64,000 nt of DNA from Chrysomallon squamiferum (lineage: Eukaryota; Animalia; Mollusca), in NCBI GenBank assembly GCA_012295275.1, contig CM022679.1, positions 21,824,001-21,888,000 on the forward strand. The letters are read 5' to 3'. Position numbers and translations under genes: made by a program. Each line of letters starts with the position of its first letter. Positions within the stretch are counted from its first letter, which is position 1. Below are positions 40,421-53,848 of this stretch, piece by piece. The notes beneath the pieces were generated by a model. It saw nothing but the letters and a program-made list of their open reading frames with translations, did no database searches and had not been told where the DNA came from.

Positions 40421-43400
40421 CATCAAACAATTATTAATTTACTAATTTATTTGTTGTTTAAAGGCATGCATGTACAATATTCAACCAGAGCAGTCTCACA
40501 CGAATCCTCAGTATCAAAAGGAAAATAAAACTCTGCTTGAAGCACTCTTAAGTTTTGTCCGAGTTATGTCAGCCATTCACTAGTACACATTCGTGTTGAG
40601 AGACTGACCTACATCAGTTCAATTTACAACCAGAATTCGTGTCTATTGATTCTAAACAATGCTTGATCCAACAGTCGAACTCGTTTAAATTTGAGTGTCA
40701 GCACTTCACCTGTTAATGAATGTCATTTTATATCTTGGCTGTTAGCGATTATTTTAATTTTTTTCTCTCAGTAATATGGTTATAATATAAGGTTGTAATA
40801 ACTATAAAGTATTAAATCTTTTGAATAGTAACACATATCGCAACTAATTAGGAAACCTTAAACCCGTCAGAAGAGTTTAGAATGCAGATATAATATATAA
40901 AATGCTTTGATGCACAAGTAACGTATTTTAATATCCGAATGAAGTAATGTATTTGAATAAATTTATATACCGGTAATAAATTTAATAGTTTTCGAAACCA
41001 GCAATGTATTTGAATACATTTCCGAACGTGACGTAAATTAAGACAAAACTAAGATACATGAAGACATTTGAACACTATCAATTCTTTTGACTACAATATT
41101 ACATGCAAGTTCTTTTTCTCTCTTTCTGTTTTGATGCATTATATCATAGTACAGTTTGTTGCATTATGCTTCTAACTAGCAGTACAGTGGAGACATTTCC
41201 CTATTTACTCAGCAAATCACTGAATTTCACAACTGAGGCTCCTGGCCCTGTGAGGAATAGGTAAATTGTTACGACAGCATCACTTTACTGCAGTAACGAC
41301 CTTAATCAACATTCACCTTGACGTCCAGAGTCTCCTGGAGAGACTATCAAACCCACGGACGAACGGCGCATTCTAGTCACATCACTTTTGTGCAATCAAT
41401 ACAATAGACCTAATATTAGATTCTCTTAAGCGTATTTGTGTTCTGGGAGCGCTGGCCATCAACACTGATCAACCGCTATTAACGGCAACCTTATGCTTGG
41501 TGCCTTTTTTTTTTTCCTCTTTACTTCTTGGCAGATGAACTTCACTATTAACATAAGCGACAGACTGTTTCGCATTCTCCATTTCTGTCGTCTCAGGTCT
41601 AAAAATAATTAAAACCATTTTGAAACGGATTTTTAATTGATACGTTTTAGACACGAAAAATTGGTGTGTTTCCAGCTGGTGACTACTTCAAACTGAAATC
41701 GCTGGCTGTGAAGTAAAGACAACGGACCAGGAGACGGCCAAGAATAATCACAACGAAGGAAGCGACTGACACAACGCTGACAACAGCAACGTCCGCCCAC
41801 ACCGCTTGACAGCCCCAACTAACATTATATTCGTATCTTTAGCGATATTTATACTCGTGTCATGGCCACAAGATTAGATACTGCCGACTGCTTTGTATTC
41901 TTCATAGACGTGTGGGACAGTCTGCGTCACATTCATGTCATGTAACTGAATTAAAAATAACTAGAAACAGTAAAACAGCGAAGAAAAAAAGTAATGTAGA
42001 CATAAAAAAAAAAAATTTCAGTTTTTTTTTAAAAAATGGTCGTAAATAATTACATTAATAAAGTAAAGTTAAAAAAAAAATAGCCTAACTATTTATAATG
42101 TACATATGCGGTAACTTTATATACCCAGACCTTTTTTTTTTTTTTTTCTTTTGTTTGGTAGTATTTTAAAAATAATGCTGAATCTTTCGTCGTTTGATTA
42201 ACATCTCTGCATCTTCAGACTCGCTGCCAAATGCATGAATGTATTTTGATCTGGTACAAACGCACTTTGTTTATCACGCTCTAAATTCGTGTCGAGTTGA
42301 CTGCTATGACCGTGGCAATAGGTGCATTTTTGTATCGTTTATTTTCACACAAAATGTTTTAAAAGACAAAACAGTTCGGAAGATTTAACTAACGGTCCAC
42401 TATCGTCTGTTCATACTCTATCCATACTTTTGTTATTTTATTGGTTGAAAAAAAAAGAAGATATCTGATATTATCAATGATTTAAAAAATTTGGAAAAAT
42501 ATTAATCAAAACTGTCATAATTTGATATAATTCTCAAGGCGAATAGTTTAATGAAAAAAAAAAAAAAAGACTGTCATATTGTATAATTATTTACATTTAC
42601 TCATCTTCTTTAGATTATTTAATACTCCAGTTTAACTGTTACGGTTAAATTTGAATATTATGTTGCGATCAGATATTTATGTCCATTGCGTACAAGTATT
42701 ATAAAAATATCCATAATACTACGTTATCATTTACTGGTCAAATCTAAAACCTACATTAAGATTCAGCATATGATCTCATCCTGCAACAATAATTATGGCA
42801 CTAATTATATATATATATATATATTTCAAAATTATTCCAAGGTATCATGCTTATAACGACACATTTTACGTTTTCCTATTAAAATGTTCTTGTGATGGGT
42901 TCTTAGTGCAATTTTCCTTTAACTAATGAAATTTGTAGTTTTAAAATTAAAAACTAAGATTCATAACGATATTACATTACAATTCACACAAAATATGTGT
43001 AGCTTATATCACTGACTACATTCTGAAGTTTGATTTACTTCAGAGAGCAGTTCAGTAGTCAGAGATCACATCTAAGGTGTGGTAAACAGCAGGATGAACC
43101 ATCCATAGAGCTTTCAACTTCAGCTGCACGACCAGCTTATCAAAAGAAAACTGTGTATGTGTGCTTTTCAGTCTACATATCCCTTTTTATTAATCGATAA
43201 TAGTAGACACTGGAGTGAAGACCTAACGATTTCTTTGCATTTCAGTATATGATTTTATATATAGATATAGATATCTGATAACTTTTAATAATAAAGCGTC
43301 TCAAACTGTCGTTAAATACAAGATTCGTTCTTGTGCACATATTTTTGTTATCCACTTAGTGGTCTGTAATTGCCAGCATATTTTGTTGCATCTTTACTGT

Positions 43401-44182
43401 CGTATATTACACAAGACAACAAACAAACAAACAGGCTCGCACATTCCAACTTATCACATGGCCACTAAATGACGTGTTTACCGTCACCGATCTGATGCTG
43501 CAAGTATATAGGCAAGCTAGGAACTGAGGAACAATTTGCCAGACTTACATTCTACTAGTTAAACGATCCGGCGTCTGCTTACGATATAGTTAACGAAATG
43601 CACCGAGCGGCCAACAGATAATGTCATTCAGTAAAACAGAAGCCTCGTTAATCATTCCCGCAGGCGAACGTTCGGGTTATTTTTTTTCTCTTTCTCTGTT
43701 CTGTTATTGCGTGTGCTACATTTAAAACAATTCATTGTCACTCATTAGCTACATCCCCAAACGGAAAACAGACCATGCTTCGTTAGAGCAACTAGGTTAA
43801 TGACCCAAATGCTGTTTGAGTAAACTTGACCACAGGCTTGTCGTCGTCCTGACATGTTTGTTTGGACGAATTTCTTCTGCTTCGTTTCCTTTTAGCCCGT
43901 TCTCTCTTAAATCTCTCCCCCCTCCCGTCATCCCTTCTCCTTCTCTGTCAGCTTGCCCTCACTCTCCCAATGGCAGACCATAGCTCATTTCGTATTCTGA
44001 TCATGTTTTTCAATTTTCATGATAAAAAAAAAAAAAGGGAATGTTTTTGCTATGTCGACTATGAAAAAAATCTGTCTGGTCTCATTAATCAGTTGCAGGA
44101 TGCCAGACACAAACAAATTCTTAACAAGTTATTTATTTTCACTATTATACACACACATGCCAACCACACAATAGAGAGAGTG

Positions 44183-44270
<88 letters not shown>

Positions 44271-47200
44271 CGACATTATTTAAAATATTATATCCTAGAG
44301 CTTAATACCAGTTCAGTAATAAACTCTCTTAATAAGACTACAATTTGCAGTAAAACTGACACAACGGTCATTATAAATACAGAAAATTACAGCAGAGGTA
44401 AACAAATACAATAACTACGCTTTCGACATGCAATAGTTTAAATACTCCAGTGGTGGGTTAGAGAGACGAAGTCTGGCCGAGGCAGCTGTTATAAGCGTAC
44501 CGAGCAAGCACGTTCCGTTACGTACTATTACTCAACTTGTGTCTGCCGATATTAAATATTCCGTCTCTACAGCCAGAACCCGCGTTCAACAACAACAACC
44601 TGAGCCCAGTCAGTCAGTCAGCTTAACCCAGTCACACACAATAAAACGAGCGAGACGCGTGTCTTGTAAACACGCTGGACAGCTGCTGGACAGCGAGTGA
44701 CCATCAAATTATAATACAGCGAGAATGAAACGTCACTTTTTTTGGCTCTCATCGCGCTGTTATCAACTGATAAACGTGGGCAAAAATATGCCACGCATGA
44801 TGCTGACCGCACCCATGATCTACATTTTACAATTGTTCTCCATTTCGTTGATGAACAAATACAGATCTGACTTTATGTACTGATAAGTTTCCCTTGTTTC
44901 TGTCAAAAGCACCTAGCGATCCAGATTCCTGCTTGCTTTGTAACATCGTGCACTCATTCTTAACGCGACAGATTAACACAAATTTTGAAGAAGAAGAAGG
45001 GGTGGGGAAAAACGACGTTTTAGTCACAAGAATGTTACTAATTCGGCCACACGATCTGAATTTCTGTCTACTCCACCTCATTTTAAAAGAAACTACGCCC
45101 ATGCATGTGTGTCGATGATCCATCCATGTGTGATAATGTTATCATCGTTCTACGTGTATTGACATGCAGCGTGCAAATGTAGGCCTCTGATATCGAAACA
45201 GTGTAGCAGTAACTCAGCCATTAAACTTCCATTTTGTAGCAAACATACTGCACATTGTTTCAGAAGGAAATGGCTCATTATTTCAGAAGTTAATTCAGCT
45301 ATCCACGTTAGCTTTTTGTTAGGATCACTGCACTTATCAACAATATTCAACCGAAAAACGGACATAACTCAACTGAAAAAAAAAAACACCAACAAAAACA
45401 GGCATATCCAAACTGAATGTAACATTTACATGGACAAAATTAACAAACAGGTTTTATCATTTTTTGCATTGTTTACATAAACAGTTTCCATCTCCTATGA
45501 TGATTTCTAATCATGTTTTATCGTTGAATAAATGTTCAAGAGTTTGTTTAACGAAATCTCAGCGAATTTCATGTTAATGTTTGTGGGTATGGGCACCTAC
45601 TGCCCTGAAATAATAATGTAAGAGATAAAAACCCACTTCTGCCAACCTACTATATTTTTATATGTTATTAATAACAACGATTCGTCTACATAATGTATTT
45701 CTCTTGAGATGGAAAACCAAACACCACAATCAGTCCCTAGAAGTAAAAGAGAATTGATCGTGCGATCTACCGCTTTCAAACCAAGCTACTTAAACCATGC
45801 TACTTAAACCAAGCAAAAGGTTGCTGTATTTTTCTCTATGATACCAGACCTGAACGCAGCAATTATATCTATTTATATTCCTGTAATGCGATTTTGAAGA
45901 GAGAAAAAAAACGTAATAAAAAAGATTCCATTTCGAAATAATAATATCGTTTTTCCCATCAAGAATTTTGTTTCTATGTCTAGGTTTCCCTATTACTGCT
46001 TCTTTTTTTTTTTTTTTTTTTTTTTTTGTATAGAGCACAATAAACTAGAGTATGTTTGTTCTCAAGCATTAATTTTTTTCTTACATATTATTATGTTAAA
46101 TTAACTGAAGGTAGGTGGGAAAGATACATTAATGAAGAGGATTAACGTATGAATATCGAATGGTATGCGTCACTAAGCCGGCTAATGGCTCTAGATCACA
46201 CTGCACTCATCAATCAGTGTAGTCAAACGACAGGTTGTCGCTGTTACCCTGGAGGTATACCTATCTGGTTTTGTCACACAAAAACAAAGGCGTGTGTATA
46301 TGTAGTTAGGTATACGTGGTCGTTATCTAGCCTATTAAATCAAAGAATGCCATTACAATCGATATAAAACTTGTTTTTATAAAAAAAGAAAAAAAGAATA
46401 GTAATAAAATTTTAAAAAAAGCACAATCCTCACCCCAAAAACCGCTTAATTCTGAATATTTTTTTTTTTTTTTTTTTTAAACTTCATTTATGTTAATAAA
46501 TACAGACCGCTGCTGAGGTAAAACTATTCAAAGCACCACAAAAATGAAGTTCTACTAATATTTTTAACAGTACGTATATATACACATAAACAATCACGTT
46601 CATGCTATGTGCTTCTCACTTACGTATACACGCACGCACATACAGCGACATACGCACACACACGCCAAACAAAACGTCTGGAATGCTGATATGGAGCACG
46701 CACTTGTTCTAGCCGAACATCCACTAACATTTACACTCGGCTCCACTTTACCCCCGTCTCCACCCACGCACGCAGCCTCATCCCCCCACCACCACCACCC
46801 GCCCGCCTCCAGCCTCCAGCCATAACGGTGCTAACAAGGGCTGTACATTTGGCAGTTCATTAAGTACAGTCGGCGTGGTATTAAACCTAGTTTCGTGTCA
46901 GCCATCGAAAGCAGGCGTGTTCTTCAAACAATCGTTTAATAATATCGATCATCGTTTAAGCGAATCACGCGTTAACCGTTAGTTAGGTCGTACATCAAAT
47001 ACCTCCGCGGTGTATACTTTTATGTGCACGAGACAGTGGTTAACGAGACCGGGTTTTTTCTTTTTCTTGATCGTATGTGAGTGCACGTGTGTCTTTTCTA
47101 CAAGACGAGTTTGTGTGTTGGTGCTGAAGTGGTTGAAGTTCACGAGATTAAACAGCTGTAAAAATTATCGTCTTAAGTCTTTTCAGTGAAACGCATACAC

Positions 47201-47551
47201 GCACTACCGAAACCAAAAATTGTATCCTAGTGTGCGCGTGTGTGTGTGTGTGTGTATATATTTATTTGTCAGTATATCTGCTAGCGTGCATTACGTGTGC
47301 AGTCAGAAATGTAGGCGGTAGCTTGATCACTTCCCCTTCGGAGCAGACATTTGTGTTATTTCTTGATCTAAAGAGAGCTCCAAAACGGATTCGTAATGTC
47401 TGTGGAATGTACTTTCGTGTTAACTATCATCAGCTCCTCACTGATAAAAGGTTTGCTCTCGTGTATAGAAAAGCGTTAATATTCATTAAGTTGTTTGTGT
47501 GCGTGCATGTTTGTATGTGTGTAATTCTATATATATTATACACATACGTAC

Positions 47552-47653
<102 letters not shown>

Positions 47654-48654
47654 CAACATTCCCTTCCCTTTAAAAACGGTAAAGTTCAATGCACAGTTTC
47701 GAAATTCCATCACTATAAAACAGCCTACGCTATGAGGAAGTAATATACTTATTTTAGATATATTCCTCTATCATACATCCGGTACTGTACTCAACCTATA
47801 CGTACGTTGTACTAGACTAGACTGAGTCAATGTCGTAACTAAAACAAACATCGTGAATAACAAGTCGAAACACCGATATCTTGTCTACGTAAGTATAAAA
47901 CAAAATCAATTCGCTAATTGTGAAATAATATTTTCCTATTTTATTACAGTCATCGTGTTTGATTTTTATTTTTATTTTTTATTTTTGTTGTTTGTTGGTT
48001 GGTTGGTTTTAATTTGTTTTATTTTGTATTTTTGTTTGTTTGTTTTAAAAAAAAAAAAAAAAAAATAATACTCAATAAGGGAAAGAAAATACCGATGAAT
48101 CAGTTCAGTGGGAAATTTATGTTAAATAATGAAACTCGTTTTCCGAAAATAGCAAAAGTTTAAAACGCTAAGGTTTCGCTTGAAAGAGATACATAAAAAT
48201 AAAAAAGTGAATCTATTAAGCGTATCTTTTTTATTATTATCTTTTTTTAATGATAACCTTCACGCTTCACGATTATTTAATTACTTAAACACGGAAATCA
48301 AGTCGCAAAAAATTCAAACAATTTTATCTGGTTTATGTCATTTAAAACGAAATCGAAAGTTGAAATTTAAATCAGTTTGTTGCGTGGCGCAAAGAATAAA
48401 ATACGCACCAGGTATTTATAAATTTAATAAGCTGCGATTTTTAGTTTGTTTGTTTGGTCGTTGTTATTTGTTGATTTTTTAATTTATTTATTTATTTATT
48501 TATTTAATTTCAGTTGATTGATTATTTATTGTTCTAACTGTTCAGGTATTTGTCAGTCTGCTCAAAAATGTTTATTTCTTTAAAAATACATTTTAAAATA
48601 CAAAACCGACATGTAAGTACGAGTGGCATACATCAAGGAGCAATGTGTACGGAC

Positions 48655-48830
48655 TCATAGTTCTGGCACAAACTGTATACTATCGTAACGCACTGGCTAC
48701 AAATTTTGGCAAGAATAAATGAAACTCTGGTACGAAACTGATAAGCTAACATCCTGTAACCAAATACTCTCTCTGTGCGTTCTGTGAACTAAACAAAACT
48801 CTGAATATCTTCTTGTGTAACAAAATGAAT
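48655..48830 (+). mobile_element. Possible frameshifted remnant of a non-LTR retrotransposon ORF2 C-terminal zinc-binding region (zf-RVT-like)
   Basis: Fragments in shifting frames read FWHKLY / RNALATN / SLCAFCELNKTLNIFLCNK. They resemble the F.YK..HR.LATN...LC.FC....ET..H.F..C pattern of L1/Tx1-clade elements. Short and degraded. Confidence 0.35.
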
Positions 48831-48919
48831 AACAGGTTGTTGTAGCTTATTACTTTGTTAAAATTCTCGTCTGTAACAACAGTACAGCAGCCCGAGATTC
48901 CGTCAGTCAGAGTGACATG

Positions 48920-49090
48920 GAAAGGACCGCAAGATCAATCCTCTTTAGCTTCCTTGTTGCTAATGGAAACCTGAAGTGGAGTTTTTTCTCTCTCTCTGAA
49001 CTGTGCGTCAGAAGTATGTTTTTAATGTCTGCTACCCACTGATAGAAAATAATCAATGTGTCCTAGTATCGTTTTTGATAAGCAAAACGT
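48920..49090 (+). mobile_element. Decayed, internally deleted SINE copy (same family)
   Basis: gcaagatcaatcc (48929-48941, identical to 2501-2513), followed by ccttgttgcta..., which resembles the reverse complement of the tagcaagg motif in the 39 kb copy. Confidence 0.5.
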
Positions 49091-49273
49091 AGAAATTGTT
49101 CAAATAAATGTAGGTTTTTCTCTTTTCAGAAAGAAAAAAAATTATTAAATTATCTAACAATAAAGATAATATTTATAATATGTTTCTTAATAAAATATTA
49201 CAAACATTAACATTATTATTAGACAGTTTTTTGAAAAAAATTTTATTTATATATATCTATCTATCTATCTATC

Positions 49274-49314
<41 letters not shown>

Positions 49315-49726
49315 AAGGGTCCCTCTCTTAAATAGACAACGAATTAAATATTTGTATAACTTTCACAATAATCCATAACCAGCATCATTATTTTTACTTT
49401 TTACATTAAGTTATCTCAGTTCCACTCAACAACATTCCACAACACTGCATCATGATATCATGAATAAAATTATAAACTGCAGGTATATTAAAAATACATG
49501 AACAGGCTAGAACACACAAAACGTTATTCAAGTACAGTATTCAGACAAACACGAGTGTGTACGTATCTGTGTTTGTAATACATCCTGAATATACTGGCAA
49601 CGCACTGTTTACATAACCTACCACGTGTTGTTCTAGCGACAACAAACACAACGTAGCCACGTGCACACGACTGCGACAGGTAAACACAACACAGTAAACA
49701 GAGAGACGGACTTGTAAACAACTTAC

Positions 49727-49792
49727 TTTTGCTCGAACTCGGCTATTAGCAAAGGGTCCAGTATGTTTCCTTTTGGTTCCCAGGTGCTGTGT
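49727..49792 (-). CDS. CBX: Pc/CBX coding exon 3 (HSTWEPKGNILDPLLIAEFEQ[K]), end of chromodomain
   Basis: Acceptor poly-T...atatttag, 66 nt, donor AA|GTAAGT. Encodes STWEP..NILDP.L, the Polycomb-type chromodomain C-terminus. Confidence 0.96.
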
Positions 49793-50037
49793 CTAAATAT
49801 AAAAAAAAAAAAAAAATAATAAATAAATAAATAAAAAAGTATTAAAACATTTCGAACTGGCTTATTGGCGTTGTTTTTCTTAGTCGCGCTTTCTATTTCT
49901 ACTCCGCTATGTCAAACTGTCAAAACCGATCGATATTTCCCTAGCTATCTCTAGCACGCATGTCAGGAAAAATTAAATGCGCAGTAAGATGGGATGGAAA
50001 AGAAAACAGCGAAAAATACGAAATAAAACCAACTTAC

Positions 50038-50081
50038 TTGACTGTGTATCCCTTCCATTTCACGAGGTACTCAATCCGACT
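50038..50081 (-). CDS. CBX: Pc/CBX coding exon 2 (SRIEYLVKWKGYTV[K]), chromodomain core
   Basis: Acceptor ttcttgtctttcag, 44 nt, donor AA|GTAAGT. Encodes the EYLVKWKG chromodomain signature. Confidence 0.96.
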
Positions 50082-50314
50082 CTGAAAGACAAGAAGCGAA
50101 AAGGTGTCATGCAGTTTTAACTTAACCGCAAAGCCGAGTTGCGGTAATCTACGCCGGACATATGTCACCCATGCGTGTCTGCTACACAATACAGAAAGAG
50201 CAGACGTCAAAAAATATCAGCTGATAATTTAAACAAAAAATCACGTTGTCATTCGGCGACATGGTAGGAAAATATTGCCGAAGCGTTCCAAACGTGTGAA
50301 TTAATATTTCTCAC

Positions 50315-50380
50315 CTTTCGATATCGTTTCCTCTGAATGTAATCCGCCTGGAATATGCGCTCCCCCATTGGTAACTCCAT
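50315..50380 (-). CDS. CBX: Pc/CBX coding exon 1 (MELPMGERIFQADYIQRKRYRK), start of chromodomain
   Basis: ATG at 50380 in the context ccaATGG. The MEL..GERIF opening is typical of CBX N-termini (compare MELSAVGERVF). Ends AAG|GTGAGA, phase 0. Confidence 0.92.
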
Positions 50381-50760
50381 TGGTCGGTGATTGAGCGTTC
50401 AAATGTGTTGTTTGTCGATGCGGGAGCTTGTTAACACAGCCGGGTCCTCACTGCGCATGCGATAACAGCAGACTCGTGACGTCGGCGCGACCTTCTATTA
50501 GCGTCGCTTCATTTGAAAAGCGGGTAACCACGCAGAAAAACAAACGGTCTTTTCAAATTTATGCATGACTCAGTATCACCTCAAAGCTTATCAATATGGT
50601 GGCTGGGTATTAAAAACCATCTAAATTTAGCCTTGTGCGCACTGAAAACAATTGCCACGTGACGACGCTCGGAATATTGTTGATGTCAGCATGACATGTT
50701 ACGAGTTGGTGTGTGTGTGTGTGCAGACATGCTTGGTGATAATTTTGGCTCTGACGCGAA
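50381..50760 (-). promoter_or_regulatory. Putative CBX 5' UTR / proximal promoter (CpG-rich)
   Basis: CpG-rich stretch directly upstream of the ATG with NRF1-like TGCGCATGCG (50452-50461), CRE-like TGACGTC (50477-50483), AP-1 TGACTCA (50566-50572) and E-box CACGTG (50656-50661). The TSS cannot be determined. Confidence 0.55.
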
Positions 50761-51019
50761 TAGTTGGTTCTTGGGAAGCTGTAAAATTACACTCGAGGAT
50801 CCGCGTGAAGGCTGGGGCCGAGGGGTGGGTGGTAAACAACGACTGGTACTACAGCACAGGAAGGACGTCGACGTATTTTCTTTCTTCAACAGCTTTTAGT
50901 AATCGTCCATCACGTTTATGATATTAATACAACACACGACAATTCGTCGGTTCTGGTTTCACTTATGTGGATTAAACAGGAAACTTAAACTATTCAGGAA
51001 AAATATGGAGGATTGCTTA

Positions 51020-51065
51020 CTTATCTTCGTAAATTATTATTATTATTATTATTATTATTAATATT

Positions 51066-51103
<38 letters not shown>

Positions 51104-51283
51104 AGTTGTTATTTTAAGCAGTATATCATATGAAGTTAGAAAATAATATGAAAAATCAGTGAGAAAATATTTAAATTTAAATTTTAGTCTAGCATTTATT
51201 CATGGAAACAGCTGATTTATTGTGCATCTCAAGTAGAACAATCACTAAATAAATAATTTACGTAAATACATTCACTTGTACAA

Positions 51284-51359
<76 letters not shown>

Positions 51360-51713
51360 CCCCCCGCCCACTCATTCACAACACGCCCACAGCTTTATCC
51401 CAGCTATTTTATTCACATAAATAAAATAAATAATTTCAGTAATATCAGTACACGTTCACCGCAGTCCGACACAGACGAAAACTACCAACACAGACTGACA
51501 TGCAGATAGACTCGTGTGATTCAATTATACTGCAGTAACCTTTGACCTCGAAGTAAATATCATCCGAGGCATGACATAAGCTTTCCTTCTGTCGCCATTT
51601 GGTGTGATAACAAGCCGGAAATATAAAGCAAAATTTGACGCGTAGTTCAAATTGACACGAACATTTCATTTTAATTTTCTTTATTTAATTATTAGTATTT
51701 TCTTTCATGTTTT

Positions 51714-51755
<42 letters not shown>

Positions 51756-52179
51756 TTTAAAAAACTTTTGTTTATATACACATATACCAGCACTTTTAAA
51801 TTATGTATATACACATATACCAGCACTCACAGCATGCTGTAAGGATTTAAAGTCGATTAGACTATAAATACAGGTGACTCAGATAGGCCTATACTAAGAC
51901 AACATCACAGTACTTCACTGCTACAACAGCTGATGGTAAACATATTAATAAAACAAAAGTATGTCATGTGTTCATGACATCAGCAGTACTGTAACATCAG
52001 TAAAAATCTATGTCAAGCTTGAAATGAAACACACAGAGTTATTTCATGCAGTTATTATTAATCAAGCTTGTAGTGTCTAAATGAAGAACAAAAATATAGA
52101 ATTAAATAACATCAACAGTATAACAACAACAACAATAATACCTTAATGTGTTTATCTGTGTGTGTTTGTGTGGTGTGTG

Positions 52180-52225
<46 letters not shown>

Positions 52226-52247
52226 TTTGTCTATCCACATATCTGCT

Positions 52248-52318
<71 letters not shown>

Positions 52319-53245
52319 GTCATTACATATTGTATGTTATAGTAGTTGAATAATTTTATAAAAATTTTAAAAGTTTTCATTAAGTCCTACTGTAACCTGT
52401 GCTTCTACAAATAACATCTAACACTTCCTTATTTGTTTCTTTCTTCTTTACTTTCTTTACTCCATCTTCTAACATTTTATTTTTACTTTTAACGATTCAG
52501 CATTCACCTGCGTTTTCGTCAACATTTGGAGAGCATGTAACCAATACAAAAGAACCAGGATTTCAATTTAGTTTTCGTAATGTGTGTATACGTTTCACTC
52601 AAAAGACTAACACGTTAATTCTCACATAACAAATACTCCATTCACATAGCTCTATTTTTTATTTTATTTTTTTTTTTATAGCTATTTAATCTCGTGAATT
52701 TGACCATTTCAACACCAACACCAACACCAACACATAAATTGTCCTTTTAGAAAAGCGAGGGGGAAAAAATCAAAAAAGAGGGTGGGGGTGTGCGAACCGT
52801 CATGCTTGTACATGTAGGTGAGGAATACAATGGACGCTGAGTTTTTAAGATTTCGCAACTGAAACACAATACCGTGCAAAGTGTCAACAGTATTGTCTCT
52901 GAATACGATCATGTTACAGCATTTATTTTATTATTATTATTTTTTTTTTTTAAATGTCTCTTTTACGCCTTACCCCCTATATAGATGATTGGATAATATA
53001 AAAAAAAAAAAAATTAAAAAAAAAATCGATTGATGTATGTAGAGTAAATAATGAAATCAGCATAAAATTACTTCAGCATTACCCCACCGTGCTGTTTGGG
53101 TATGCGGTTTTCGAGACGCTTCGTTGATCACAGGAGCCATTCCTATTGATACCCACGCATATTGGAGTATTTCATTGTCCAATCAGAACTGAGAGACTGG
53201 CTTACCTGGTGTGGTTTGTCTCTACAAAGATGTATGTTTAATTAG

Positions 53246-53295
<50 letters not shown>

Positions 53296-53807
53296 CTGTA
53301 TCTATGTATGTATATCAATAGGAATGGCTCCTGTGATCAACGAAGCGTCTGTACGTATGTGTGTATGTATGAACGTATGTATGTATGTATGTATGAACGT
53401 ATGTCTGCATATGTATGAATGTATATATCGCTCTGTTTATGAATATATGTATGTATGCATGTTTCTATGTAGGTGAGTGTGTATAAATGTATAGATGTGT
53501 GTATGTATATTTGCGTGTAAATATGTAAATGCATATATATATGGATGGATGTGTACTTGTGTTTAAGTGTGTATATAGATATATACATATAGTTATGTTT
53601 GCACGTATGTTTTATATGTGTGTGTGTGCGTATCTTTATTTATGTATGTATGTTTGTATATTTATGTATGTATGTACAATCTGATTTCTCTTCATAAACT
53701 AATAATTGTTTTGTTCTTTTACTGTTCTGTTCAATTTCGCTTTATTTTATTAATGTTAATTTTCATTCTTCACATTTATTATACTTATAGTTATTATTAT
53801 TATTATT

Positions 53808-53848
<41 letters not shown>

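Noticed and set aside
41676-41716. Plus-strand acceptor followed by GDYFKLKSLAVK* (possible nested antisense gene exon)
   Set aside because: It is too short, and no partner exons were identified.
43790-43950. Basic minus-strand frame (RFKRERAKRKRSRRNSSK...) as an alternative CBX exon 4
   Set aside because: It is purine-rich low-complexity sequence with no polypyrimidine tract or good donor. The 38550-38610 exon fits the phases and splice consensus far better.
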